DNA of 32,422 nucleotides from contig DASTTC010000180.1 in NCBI GenBank assembly GCA_035760345.1, positions 1 to 32,422 of the forward strand, in the 5' to 3' direction. Shown here in pieces: positions 9,391 through 17,788 of this stretch. Every line of letters starts with the position of its first letter. Position 1 is the first letter of the stretch. The translations under genes were made by a program, and so were the position numbers. The notes beneath the pieces were generated by a model. That model saw only the letters and a program-made list of their open reading frames with translations, searched no databases and had not been told where the DNA came from. The stretch is from Burkholderiales bacterium (GTDB taxonomy: Bacteria; Pseudomonadota; Gammaproteobacteria; Burkholderiales; SG8-39).

Positions 9391-9648
9391 GTGAAGGTCC
9401 TCATCCCGAGCCCGCTGCAGTCCTACACGGGCGGCGCGCGCGTCGAGGCGCAGGGCGGCACGCTCGCCGCGCTGCTCGAAGACCTGGAGCGCCGCTTTCC
9501 GGGTATTCGCTTTCGCATGGTCGACGAGCAGGATCGCATCCGGCGCCATATCCGCGTCTTCGTGGGCGGCGAGCAGGTGCTCGAGCTCGCGAGCCCGCTG
9601 GGCGCAGGCGATGAGGTGGTGATCGTGCAGGCGCTGAGCGGCGGCTGA
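9391..9648 (+). CDS. MoaD/ThiS/CysO-type beta-grasp sulfur-carrier / ubiquitin-like protein with C-terminal Gly-Gly
   Basis: GTG at 9391, in frame within track ORF 9214..9648 and 5 nt after the BNR stop. 85 aa, VKVLIPSPLQSYTGG ... GDEVVIVQALSGG-stop. Length, N-terminal strand and GG terminus fit the family. Confidence 0.75.
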   Translation: MKVLIPSPLQSYTGGARVEAQGGTLAALLEDLERRFPGIRFRMVDEQDRIRRHIRVFVGGEQVLELASPLGAGDEVVIVQALSGG

Positions 9649-9655
9649 GCCGGAG

Positions 9656-10468
9656 TCAGGCGAAAAGATAGGCGTCCATCGCCAGGACGCCGCCCTCGAC
9701 GTGATCGATGAAGCGTTCGCTGCGATAGCCCGCGGGCGCGGCGCCGAGCGCGACGAACAGCGGCAGGAAATGCTCTTCGCTCGGGTGCGCGCGCATGCCG
9801 GCCGGCGACAGCCTGCGGTAGTCCGCCAGCCGATCGTGATCGTGCGCTTCGATGCACTCGCGCACCCAATCCTGGAACTCGCTCACGTAGGGCGCGGCCG
9901 GCCCCACGCCGATCTCGCGCACGCTGCGCAACTCGCGCAGGTTGTGCGTGAGGTGGCCCGAACCCATGACCAGCACGCCTTCATCGGCGAGCGGCGCCAG
10001 CGCGCGGCCCAGAGCGAGATGGTGGCGGGGGCCGAGCGCGGGCTGCACGGAAACCTGCAGCACCGGCACGTCGGCGCGCGCAAACGCGTAGAGCAGCGGC
10101 GTCCACGCGCCGTGGTCGAGGCCGCGGACCGGGTCGATCCCGGCCTCGAGTCCCGCCGCCCGCAGCAGGTCGCGCGCGCGCGCGGCGACCTCGGGGGCGC
10201 CCGGCGCCCCGTATCGGATCTCGTACAGCGGCGCCGGAAAGCCGCCGAAATCGTGGATCGTCTCCGGGCGCTCGCTGCCGGTCAGTGCAGGCCGCTCGGT
10301 TTCCCAGTGCGCCGAGGCGATGAGGATCGCGCGCGGCCGCGGCAGGCGCGCACCCAGCGCCGCCCAGGCGCGGCCCGTGGCGGTGGCGCCGGCCTCGAGC
10401 GCGTGCATGGGGGAGCCGTGGGAGATGAAGACAGTGGGCAGCGACAAGGTAGACTCGCTCCTTCGCAT
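9656..10468 (-). CDS. ygiD: class III extradiol ring-cleavage dioxygenase (4,5-DOPA dioxygenase extradiol, YgiD-like)
   Basis: VFISHGSPMH at the N-terminus aligns with the E. coli YgiD LFLGHGSPMN motif; also HWE ... DHGAW ... GSGHLTHNL. The track ORF extends to 10693, but that part overlaps pldA and looks spurious. Start is ATG 10468, or TTG 10447 (AGGAG 10 nt upstream). Confidence 0.85.
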   Translation of the reverse strand: MRRSESTLSLPTVFISHGSPMHALEAGATATGRAWAALGARLPRPRAILIASAHWETERPALTGSERPETIHDFGGFPAPLYEIRYGAPGAPEVAARARDLLRAAGLEAGIDPVRGLDHGAWTPLLYAFARADVPVLQVSVQPALGPRHHLALGRALAPLADEGVLVMGSGHLTHNLRELRSVREIGVGPAAPYVSEFQDWVRECIEAHDHDRLADYRRLSPAGMRAHPSEEHFLPLFVALGAAPAGYRSERFIDHVEGGVLAMDAYLFA

Positions 10469-11288
10469 GCTACGCCCGATTGCCTTGCTCGCCGCGCTCG
10501 CCGCGCTCCCCGCCGCGGCCCAGGACAAGCCCGCGTCCGGGGCGCCCGAAAGCGTCACGGTGACCCAGGCGCCAGGCGAGATCGCGCCACTGCTTACCGA
10601 GAATGAACCCGTGTACTTCGTGATGGGCACTCGGAGCGGCACCAACGCGCGCTTCCAACTGTCCCTCAAGTACCGTCTGTTCGACCGCAGCATGGGATGG
10701 GGTCGCGACCAGCCGTGGCTCAGCGGTATCTACCTGGGCTACACGCAGACCACGATCTGGAACCTGCAGGGCGATTCCAAGCCGTTTCGCGACACGAGCT
10801 TCCGGCCATCGGTGTTCTGGGCCTGGGAGCGCACCGACGACAAGACCTGGATCGACGGGTTGCGCGCCGGGATCGAGCACGAGTCCAACGGCAAGGAGGG
10901 CGCCGATTCGCGCACCATCGACATCCTGTTCGTGCGGCCCGAATGGCGCTGGGAGCTCGCCGACGGCAAACGGCTGGAATTCATGCCGAGGATCTACGGC
11001 TACCTCGACAAGGATGACAATCCGGATATCGAGCGCTACCGCGGCTACGTCGACTGGCATCTGCGCTACGGCGACGAGGCGCGCAGCTGGTCGGCGATGG
11101 CGCGGCTCGGCACCGCCGGCAAGGGCAGCCTCACGCTGGGCTGGTTCGAACGCACGCGTGTAGTGGGCTTCGGCCCGATGTCAGGCTACTTCCACGTGCA
11201 GTTCTTCACCGGCTACGGCGAGGATATCCTCAACTATAACCAGCGCTTCAAGTCTCAGATCAGGCTGGGCTTTGCCATCGTGCCCTGA
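10467..11288 (+). CDS. pldA: outer-membrane phospholipase A (OMPLA)
   Basis: Catalytic HxSNG motif (IEHESNGKEG) and C-terminal DDNPDIERYRGY ... FTGYGEDILNYN closely parallel E. coli PldA. ATG 10467 gives a good signal peptide (MLRPIALLAALAALPAAAQD). Alternative upstream ATG at 10425. Confidence 0.9.
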   Translation: MLRPIALLAALAALPAAAQDKPASGAPESVTVTQAPGEIAPLLTENEPVYFVMGTRSGTNARFQLSLKYRLFDRSMGWGRDQPWLSGIYLGYTQTTIWNLQGDSKPFRDTSFRPSVFWAWERTDDKTWIDGLRAGIEHESNGKEGADSRTIDILFVRPEWRWELADGKRLEFMPRIYGYLDKDDNPDIERYRGYVDWHLRYGDEARSWSAMARLGTAGKGSLTLGWFERTRVVGFGPMSGYFHVQFFTGYGEDILNYNQRFKSQIRLGFAIVP

Positions 11289-11307
11289 GCGGGCGGCTCA
11301 GGTTTTC
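11284..11307 (+). terminator. putative intrinsic terminator of pldA
   Basis: 7-bp stem CCTGAGC (11284-11290) / GCTCAGG (11296-11302), loop GGGCG, followed by TTTT. The stem contains the pldA stop (TGA) and the complement of the convergent GNAT stop (TCA). Short stem and short T-tract, so only moderate support. Confidence 0.4.
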
Positions 11308-11801
11308 GAGGGGCGCCAGGTGTAGGGCACCGGACCATGGGCGCGCAGCACCCGGATCATGCGCAGTGCCGCTTCGCGCCCGCGGTAGTAACCCGGCACG
11401 ACGATGGTTTCGTCGAAACCCATGGCGCGGTAAAAGCCGCGTGCCGCCTCGTTGCCGGTGCGCAGCTCCAGGTGCAGGCTGGCCATGCCGGCGACGCGCG
11501 CCGATTCCACCAGCCAGTGCACGAGCCGCCGCCCGATGCCCATGCGCCGGTGCGTAGGGCGCACCGCGAGCAGCACCAGATGGGCACGCTCGTCGCCGAA
11601 TTCCATGATGGCGAAACCGGCGATGCGCCCGCGGTCGCAGGCCACCGGGGTCAGCGTCTCCGAATCGCGGATCGCCTTCAGGACGCGCGCGGCGTCGTAC
11701 TTCCACCCCAGACCCGATTCCACGAGGTCGCGCGACATGAGCGCGATGGCCTGTGCATCGCGCGGGCCGGAAAGCCTGACCGAGATGGCGTGCGCCGTCA
11801 T
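11298..11801 (-). CDS. GNAT family N-acetyltransferase (RimI-like)
   Basis: 167 aa. Acetyl-CoA-binding motif A region LLAVRPTHRRMGIGRRLV and C-terminal NEAARGFYRAMGF are typical of the GNAT fold. Confidence 0.8.
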   Translation of the reverse strand: MTAHAISVRLSGPRDAQAIALMSRDLVESGLGWKYDAARVLKAIRDSETLTPVACDRGRIAGFAIMEFGDERAHLVLLAVRPTHRRMGIGRRLVHWLVESARVAGMASLHLELRTGNEAARGFYRAMGFDETIVVPGYYRGREAALRMIRVLRAHGPVPYTWRPSKT

Positions 11802-11851
11802 GCTGGAAGTCTAATCTCAATGCCGGCGCATTGTCATTGTCACCGGCAGGG

Positions 11852-14410
11852 TCAGCCGCCCGCGGCGTAGCGCTCGCGGATACGCACCGTGCGCTCGAGA
11901 CCGTCGGCCGCCTCGAGCAGCTTCAGGCGCAGGTCCGCGTCGAGCGGGCCGGCGAGCGCGCGCTGCACTGCGGAGAGCGCCGGCGCGTCCGACTGGCCGT
12001 CGAGAAAGGACCCCAGCCAGTGCTGGACGAAGAAGATCTTGCGGTTGCGCTTGAGCCTGGGCAACTGCGCCAGCGCCGCATCCAGCAGCGGTGCCGTATA
12101 GGCGGCATGCTCGGGCGCGTTGAACGGCGCGAGCGCTTCCTCGATCCAGCTCTCGGGCAACTGCGCGTCGCGCGCAAAGCGCCGGAACATCGCGCGCTTG
12201 GCCTCGTGGTCGGCCAGCGCCGCGGACGCGGCGAACGCGAAGCGGCGGGCGTTGTCGCCGCGTTCCGCGGCGGCAGCTTCGGCCAGCAGTCGCGGCCCGT
12301 CGGCATCCGAGCGCACCAGCAGGCGCGCGATCAGGCGGAACCGGTCGCGCTCCCCGAGGCTCACCTCGGGCGCGACCAGCGAGCCTTCGAGCAGGCGCTT
12401 GAGGTCGGTGCGCGCCGCGTCCGACCAGGCAAGCGCCACGAACGCGCGCAGCATCAGCAGGCGCCGGCTGTGCGCACCCTCGCCGAGCGCCGCATCGAGC
12501 AGCGTGCGCTCCACACGCGGGGCGAGGCGCTCGCGTTGCGCGTCGGACAGGTAGCGCCGGAAAGCCGCTTCGACGCGCGCGAGCAGGCCGGCGAGGATCA
12601 CGTCGTCGGATTCCTCGGGCGCCAGCGCCAGTGCGAAATCGATGAAGGCGGCGGGCGCGAGCTCGGCCTCGCGCACGCTTTCCCACAGCGCCTCGACCAG
12701 CTGTGCGCGCAGCAGCCCGTCGGGCAGCGCGCGCGGCTCGGCGAGCAGCGCATCGCGGCTTGCCGCGTCGAGCAGGAACCGGCCGTAGCCGAAGTCGCCG
12801 GCATTGGCGTAACGCCAGCGCACGGGTCGCTGCGCGGCGGGTCCCTCGAGCGGCGCGGTGGGTCCCTCGAGCGCGGCTTCGGAGGTGACCACGCTGCCGT
12901 CGGCCACGGCCGCCGCGACCACCAGCTTTTGCGGCCACAGGCCGCCTTCTCCCAACCTGTCCTCCTGCACCAGTTGCACGCCGCTGCCGGACTCGCGCAG
13001 CGTCACGGTCGGCAGCCCGCGCCGCTGCACCCAGGCGTCGGCCCAGGATTGCAGGTCGCGGCGCGAGGCGCGCTCGAACGCGCGCACCAGGTCGCGCCAG
13101 TCCGCCGCGGCATAGGCGTGGCGCTGCAGGAAGTCGCGCACGGCGCGGCGGAACACGGGCTCGCCCAGGTAGAACTCGGCCTGGCGCAGGAGCGCCGGTC
13201 CCTTGGAGTACACGATCGCGCCGTAGGCCGATTTCGCCGCGGACAGGTTGTGCAGCGGCTGGCGCAGCGGCGTGGTGCCTTGCGTCGCGTCCGTACGGTA
13301 GGCCGCGGTCTTCAGCGCCAGGAACGCGCTCCAGGGCTCGAGCTCCGGCACGATCGCGGCGGCCGCGCGGGCCGCCATGTAATTGGCGAAGCCTTCCTTG
13401 AGCCACAGATCGTCGAACCAGCGCATGGTGACGAGGTTGCCGAACCACTGGTGCGAGGTTTCATGGAAGATGAGCTGCGCGCGCCGCAGCAGGTCCGGCC
13501 GGCTGGGGGGGTCGGGGAACACCACCGCCTGCTCGTTGAGGAAGGTGGCGCCCGCGTGCTCCATGCCGCCGTAGGCGAGCTCGGGAATCAGCACCAGGTC
13601 GTACTTGGCGAAGGGGAAAGGCCGCGCGAACTCCGCTTCGAACAGGGTGAGCGCCAGGCGGTTGAGGCGCAGCACATCCGCCGCATGCGCCTCGGCGCGT
13701 TGCGCCTGCGAGCGCCGTACCCACAGCCGCACCGGTTCATCAGGGACCGAAAGCACCTGGAACGGGCCCGCCGCAAACGCGAACAGGTAAGTCGACAGCG
13801 GCTCGGTTTGCGCGAAGCGCACGCGCCCCGGCGCTTGCTCGATCGCCGGTGCGTTCGACACGGCGCGCCAACCGCGGGGCAGGCGGAGCTCGAGCGTGAA
13901 GCGCGCTTTCAGGTCTGGCTGGTCGAAGCAGGGAAACACGCTGCTCGCGTCCGAGGGCACGAACAGCGAGTAGACGTAGCTCGCGTGGTCTTCGCGATCG
14001 CGATACAGGGTGAGCGCTCGCCCGGCCACCGCGATCGGCGCGCGGAACTCGAGCTCGAGGCGATTGCGGCCTTTGTTCAGCGCGGCGCGCGGGATGACGA
14101 GGTGCTGCTTGGCGCGTCGCGCCTGCGCGGGCTTGCCATTGACCGTCAATCCGCGTACCGGCGCGCCGCGCCAGTCGAGCACCAGGTCGACGCGGCGTGT
14201 GAGCGTGACCTCTAGCGCAAGGCGGCCCGTAGCGAGGCCGCGCCGCGGATCGAGCCGCAGGTCCAGTGCGTAGCGCGGCTCTCGGTAGTGGGCGGCGCGC
14301 CACCGCGCAAGCTCGAGCGACACGCCCGGCTCCAGGCGCGGGGGGGCTTGCGCGGGTGCCGTCGAGGCACACGCGGCGAGCAGGCCGAGGAGCGTCGCGC
14401 GGGCACGCAT
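11852..14410 (-). CDS. M1 family zinc metallopeptidase (aminopeptidase N-like), probable lipoprotein or secreted
   Basis: HETSHQWFGNLVTMRWFDDLWLKEGFA (HExxH-x18-E) plus a GGMEH exopeptidase-motif variant. Internal ATG 14410 of track ORF 11852..15088 gives MRARATLLGLLAACAS (lipobox-like LAAC, or an AQA cleavage site). The longer ORF overlaps the upstream membrane-protein gene. Confidence 0.85.
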   Translation of the reverse strand: MRARATLLGLLAACASTAPAQAPPRLEPGVSLELARWRAAHYREPRYALDLRLDPRRGLATGRLALEVTLTRRVDLVLDWRGAPVRGLTVNGKPAQARRAKQHLVIPRAALNKGRNRLELEFRAPIAVAGRALTLYRDREDHASYVYSLFVPSDASSVFPCFDQPDLKARFTLELRLPRGWRAVSNAPAIEQAPGRVRFAQTEPLSTYLFAFAAGPFQVLSVPDEPVRLWVRRSQAQRAEAHAADVLRLNRLALTLFEAEFARPFPFAKYDLVLIPELAYGGMEHAGATFLNEQAVVFPDPPSRPDLLRRAQLIFHETSHQWFGNLVTMRWFDDLWLKEGFANYMAARAAAAIVPELEPWSAFLALKTAAYRTDATQGTTPLRQPLHNLSAAKSAYGAIVYSKGPALLRQAEFYLGEPVFRRAVRDFLQRHAYAAADWRDLVRAFERASRRDLQSWADAWVQRRGLPTVTLRESGSGVQLVQEDRLGEGGLWPQKLVVAAAVADGSVVTSEAALEGPTAPLEGPAAQRPVRWRYANAGDFGYGRFLLDAASRDALLAEPRALPDGLLRAQLVEALWESVREAELAPAAFIDFALALAPEESDDVILAGLLARVEAAFRRYLSDAQRERLAPRVERTLLDAALGEGAHSRRLLMLRAFVALAWSDAARTDLKRLLEGSLVAPEVSLGERDRFRLIARLLVRSDADGPRLLAEAAAAERGDNARRFAFAASAALADHEAKRAMFRRFARDAQLPESWIEEALAPFNAPEHAAYTAPLLDAALAQLPRLKRNRKIFFVQHWLGSFLDGQSDAPALSAVQRALAGPLDADLRLKLLEAADGLERTVRIRERYAAGG

Positions 14411-14448
14411 GCCGCGCAGTATAGGGGGCGCTGTTCGCGCGCCGCGGC

Positions 14449-15009
14449 CTACCGATCCAGCCGCGCGTACAGTACCGGCCCCAGCACGAGCAGCACGGCG
14501 AGCAGGGCGACCGCCAGCGGGGCGCGCGTCGCGAGCACCGCCAGCGGCAGCACCACGAACAGCACCGCCAGCAACCAGGGCACGTGCGGCGGCTTGCCGA
14601 GGTCGGCGCCGAGCTTGCGCTTCAACCAGCGCGCCAGCTTGCCGGGCGCACGCCCGGTGCGGTGCCCCAGCGACCGGGCGAGGGATCGCTCCTCCAGCCA
14701 GGAGAAAAACATGAGGCTGAGCACGAACAAGCTTCCCACGAGCACCACCGGCGCGAGCAGCAGTCCGACCAGTGCCGATGCCGCCTGGGTACCGAGGAGG
14801 GACATGACCGGCGTCAGCCCGCACGCGATCGCGGTCACCAGGATCAGCAGGCAGGCCGGAACCACCAGCGGCAGGCGCTCGCCCACGTAATTCCGCAGGG
14901 CCTGCAATTCCCGGAAGCGTCGCGCGAGCCCGACGCCGTCCTCCAGCGGGCCAAGCAACTGCTGGCCGAGGCGCTGCTGGATTGACGCCTGGGGTTGGGT
15001 GCTTGCCAT
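14449..15009 (-). CDS. hypothetical integral membrane protein (about 4 TMS)
   Basis: 186 aa, GC3-rich codons. GGAGG Shine-Dalgarno 7 nt upstream. Hydrophobic helices are separated by a basic loop (GKLARWLKRKLG). I recognise no family. Confidence 0.55.
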   Translation of the reverse strand: MASTQPQASIQQRLGQQLLGPLEDGVGLARRFRELQALRNYVGERLPLVVPACLLILVTAIACGLTPVMSLLGTQAASALVGLLLAPVVLVGSLFVLSLMFFSWLEERSLARSLGHRTGRAPGKLARWLKRKLGADLGKPPHVPWLLAVLFVVLPLAVLATRAPLAVALLAVLLVLGPVLYARLDR

Positions 15010-15118
15010 GGCTTTGCCTCCGTGGTGTCAGGAATCGCAAGGGCAGCATACGAAACTCCCGGCGCAAATACCGGGAAAAATTCCGCACTTGCCACCGGCT
15101 CGCTTAGACTTTCGGCAC

Positions 15119-16498
15119 ATGAAACCCAATCTGATCGTAATCCTCATCGACGACCTGCGCTACGACGAGTTCGGCGCGGGCGGCCATCCGTACATGAAGT
15201 CGCCGCACATCGACCGGCTCGCCGCCGACGGGGTGCTGTTCGAGCGCGCTTTCCACACCACGCCCATCTGCTCGCCCAACCGCGCCTCCATCGTCACCGG
15301 GCAGTACGCGAGCCGGCACGGCATCATCGACAACGTAGCGCGCGATGCCATGAGCCACCGCTTGCCCAACTACCATCTCGCCCTGCAGAAACTCGGCTAT
15401 GAGACGGGACACGTGGGCAAGTGGCACATGGGCAACGACGGCATGCCGCGCCCGGGCTACCACCACTGGGTGAGCTTCGACGGCCACGGCAGCCTGGTCG
15501 ACCCGGCGCTGAACGTGAACGGCAAGTACCAACAGCGCGCCGGCTACATGACCGATCTGCTCAATCAGGAGGCGCTGGCGTACGTCGAGCGCCGGCGCAC
15601 CAAGCCCTTCGCCCTGTTCTTCGCGCACAAGGCGGTGCACCCCGATGCACACCAAGCCGCCGACGGCACGCTCGACATGGGCCGCTTCGGCGGGTACATC
15701 CCCGCCGAGCGGCATCGCGGCTTGTACGTGAACGCGCAATTCCGCAAGACCCCGAACATGCGCTCCACTCGCGAGCTGGTGAAGCAGGCGCCCGCGTGGA
15801 CAGAGGCGTTCGAGCTCAGAGGCGGCGAACGCGCGCGCGCGCTGCTTGCCGCCATCCAGGCCGGCTCGCAGGAGGAAATCCGCCAGCGCGCGCGCATGAT
15901 GGCCTCGGTGGACGAGGGCGTGGGCATGCTGCTCGAGTCGCTGGCGCGGCAGAACAAGCTCGACGACACCCTGATCCTGTTCCTGGGCGACAACGGCTAC
16001 TTCTTCGGCGAGCATGGCCTCGGGCCCGAGCGCCGCTTCGCCTATGAAGAGGGCATTCGCTCGCCGTTCGTGCTGCGCTACCCGCGCAAGGCGAAGGCCG
16101 GCTCGCGCAACCGCGACCTGGTCCTGTGCCAGGACATCGCGCCGACCCTGATCGAGCTCGCCGGCGGCAAGCCAGGGCCGCAGGTGCAGGGACGATCGCT
16201 GGTGCCGCTGCTCGCCGGCCGGCGCAAGGGCTGGCGCAAGTCGTTTCTCGTCGAGTACTGGGCCGAGCAGGCGATGCCGTGGCTGGTGGGCATGACCTAC
16301 AAGTCCGTGCGTACCGATCGCTACAAGCTCATCCACTGGGTGAATCGCGACGCTGCAGGCGAGCTCGACGAGCTCTACGATCTGCAGCGCGACCCCTGGG
16401 AACTGAAGAATCTCGCGCGCAACGCGGGCCATGCCGCCGTGAAGGCGCGTCTGCGCCGGGAAATGCGCACGCTGGTCGCCGACGCGGCCGGCCTGTAG
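15119..16498 (+). CDS. Cys-type sulfatase (arylsulfatase / N-acetylglucosamine-6-sulfatase-like), no signal peptide
   Basis: MKPNLIVILIDDLRYD metal-binding N-terminus and the formylglycine signature CSPNRASIVTG (C-x-P-x-R). The start is an internal ATG of track ORF 14999..16498; the upstream 40 codons contain no signal peptide. Confidence 0.85.
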   Translation: MKPNLIVILIDDLRYDEFGAGGHPYMKSPHIDRLAADGVLFERAFHTTPICSPNRASIVTGQYASRHGIIDNVARDAMSHRLPNYHLALQKLGYETGHVGKWHMGNDGMPRPGYHHWVSFDGHGSLVDPALNVNGKYQQRAGYMTDLLNQEALAYVERRRTKPFALFFAHKAVHPDAHQAADGTLDMGRFGGYIPAERHRGLYVNAQFRKTPNMRSTRELVKQAPAWTEAFELRGGERARALLAAIQAGSQEEIRQRARMMASVDEGVGMLLESLARQNKLDDTLILFLGDNGYFFGEHGLGPERRFAYEEGIRSPFVLRYPRKAKAGSRNRDLVLCQDIAPTLIELAGGKPGPQVQGRSLVPLLAGRRKGWRKSFLVEYWAEQAMPWLVGMTYKSVRTDRYKLIHWVNRDAAGELDELYDLQRDPWELKNLARNAGHAAVKARLRREMRTLVADAAGL

Positions 16499-16523
16499 CG
16501 CCAGCAAGCCAAAGGGAGGTCCC

Positions 16524-17747
16524 TTGGAATCGATCGATCGTCCCACCATCCAGCGCTCGGCCATCGATCTCGCCGACGAAGTGAAGTTGCGCGCGCCGCA
16601 AGGCGCCGCGGAGAAGCTCGCGCACTACGGCGGCGCCGAAGTGGCGGCGGCGCTGCTCAAGCTCGCGCCGGGGTTCGCGCAGGACGTGCTCGCGCACCTG
16701 CCGCCCGAGACGCGCGAGCGCGCGCTCGCCGCCGCGCCGCTGGAGACCGCGCGCCAGTGGCAGCGCAATGCCCTCTACGACGAGGGCACCATCGGCCGCA
16801 TGATGGAGCCGGTGTACGCGGCGTTCCCGCCAGAGGCGACGGTGGGCCAGGCGATCGAGGCGCTGCACGAGCTGGTGCGGCTCGCCTTCATCACCTACAT
16901 CTACGTGGTGGACGACGAGGAGCGCCTGCTGGGCATCGTCACCATGCGCGACCTCCTGTTCAACGAGCGCGCGATGGCACTGCGCGACGTGATGCTTACC
17001 GACGTGTTCTCGCTGCACGCGCCGACCTCGCTCGACGACGCGATGAAGCAGGTGCTCGACCGGCACTATCCCGTGTACCCGGTGGTGGACGCCGAGAACC
17101 GCATCCGCGGCCTGGTGCGCGGCCAAAGCATGTTCGAAGCGCGTGCGTTCGACCTCTCGGCGCAGGCCGGCAGCATGGTCGGCGTGGAGAAGGAAGAGCG
17201 CCTGGGCACGCCCTGGCGCCGCAGCCTGTTCCTGCGCCATCCCTGGCTGCAGCTGAACCTGCTCACGGCGTTCCTCGCCGCCGCGGTGGTCGGCGTTTTT
17301 CAGGACACGCTGGATCGCCTGGTGATCCTGGCCCTGTTCCTGCCGGTGCTCGCCGGCCAGTCGGGCAATACGGGCTGCCAGGCGCTCGCGGTGACGCTGC
17401 GCGGCATGACCATCGGCGAATTGAAGCCCGGTTCGGAGCGCATACTGATCACGAAGGAGGCGGGCCTGGGGCTGCTGAACGGCGTGGGCGTGGGCATGAT
17501 CGCGGCAATCGGCATGTATCTGACCGCGAGCAGCCAGGAGTCGGCGCATCCGTTCCTGCTGGGCTTCGTGGTGTTCGTGGCGATGGTCTTTTCCTGTGTG
17601 GCCAGCGGAGTGTCCGGCGCTATTGTGCCGCTTGCCCTCAAGCGCCTGGGCTTCGACCCGGCAACCGCCTCCAGCATCTTTCTCACCACCGCCACCGACG
17701 TGGTGAGCATGGGGATGCTGCTGGGACTGGCTGCGCTGCTGATTTAG
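16524..17747 (+). CDS. mgtE: magnesium transporter MgtE
   Basis: 407 aa with an N domain, a CBS pair (ERLLGIVTMRDLL ... NRIRGLVRGQSMF) and a 5-TMS domain carrying LAGQSGNTGCQA. TTG start preceded by GGGAGG. Confidence 0.85.
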   Translation: MESIDRPTIQRSAIDLADEVKLRAPQGAAEKLAHYGGAEVAAALLKLAPGFAQDVLAHLPPETRERALAAAPLETARQWQRNALYDEGTIGRMMEPVYAAFPPEATVGQAIEALHELVRLAFITYIYVVDDEERLLGIVTMRDLLFNERAMALRDVMLTDVFSLHAPTSLDDAMKQVLDRHYPVYPVVDAENRIRGLVRGQSMFEARAFDLSAQAGSMVGVEKEERLGTPWRRSLFLRHPWLQLNLLTAFLAAAVVGVFQDTLDRLVILALFLPVLAGQSGNTGCQALAVTLRGMTIGELKPGSERILITKEAGLGLLNGVGVGMIAAIGMYLTASSQESAHPFLLGFVVFVAMVFSCVASGVSGAIVPLALKRLGFDPATASSIFLTTATDVVSMGMLLGLAALLI

Positions 17748-17788
17748 CACTAACATCCTTGGCGGACGGCTCGACCAGGGAGGTCGGC

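Noticed and set aside
11821-11848. Inverted repeat TGCCGG...CCGGCA enclosing a tandem CATTGTCATTGT, between the M1 peptidase stop and the GNAT start; a possible terminator or operator.
   Set aside because: The stem is only 6 bp with a 16-nt loop, and no clear T-tract follows on the minus strand. This is too weak to call.
15036-15062. Small hairpin CCCGG-N8-CCGGG with an adjacent A-run in the divergent gap between the membrane-protein and sulfatase genes.
   Set aside because: The stem is only 5 bp. The A/T tract is on the wrong side for a terminator on either strand, and I could not find convincing -35/-10 hexamers around it.
14411-15088. Upstream 226 codons of the 1078-aa track ORF containing the M1 peptidase.
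   Set aside because: The translation is Arg/Ala/Pro-rich and overlaps the well-formed membrane-protein gene (14449..15009) in another frame. An internal ATG at 14410 gives a proper signal/lipobox N-terminus.
15119-16498. Cys-type sulfatase without a signal peptide and without an FGE or anSME maturase gene nearby.
   Set aside because: Cytoplasmic Cys-type sulfatases are known (for example Pseudomonas aeruginosa AtsA), and maturases are often encoded elsewhere. This is not anomalous on the available evidence.
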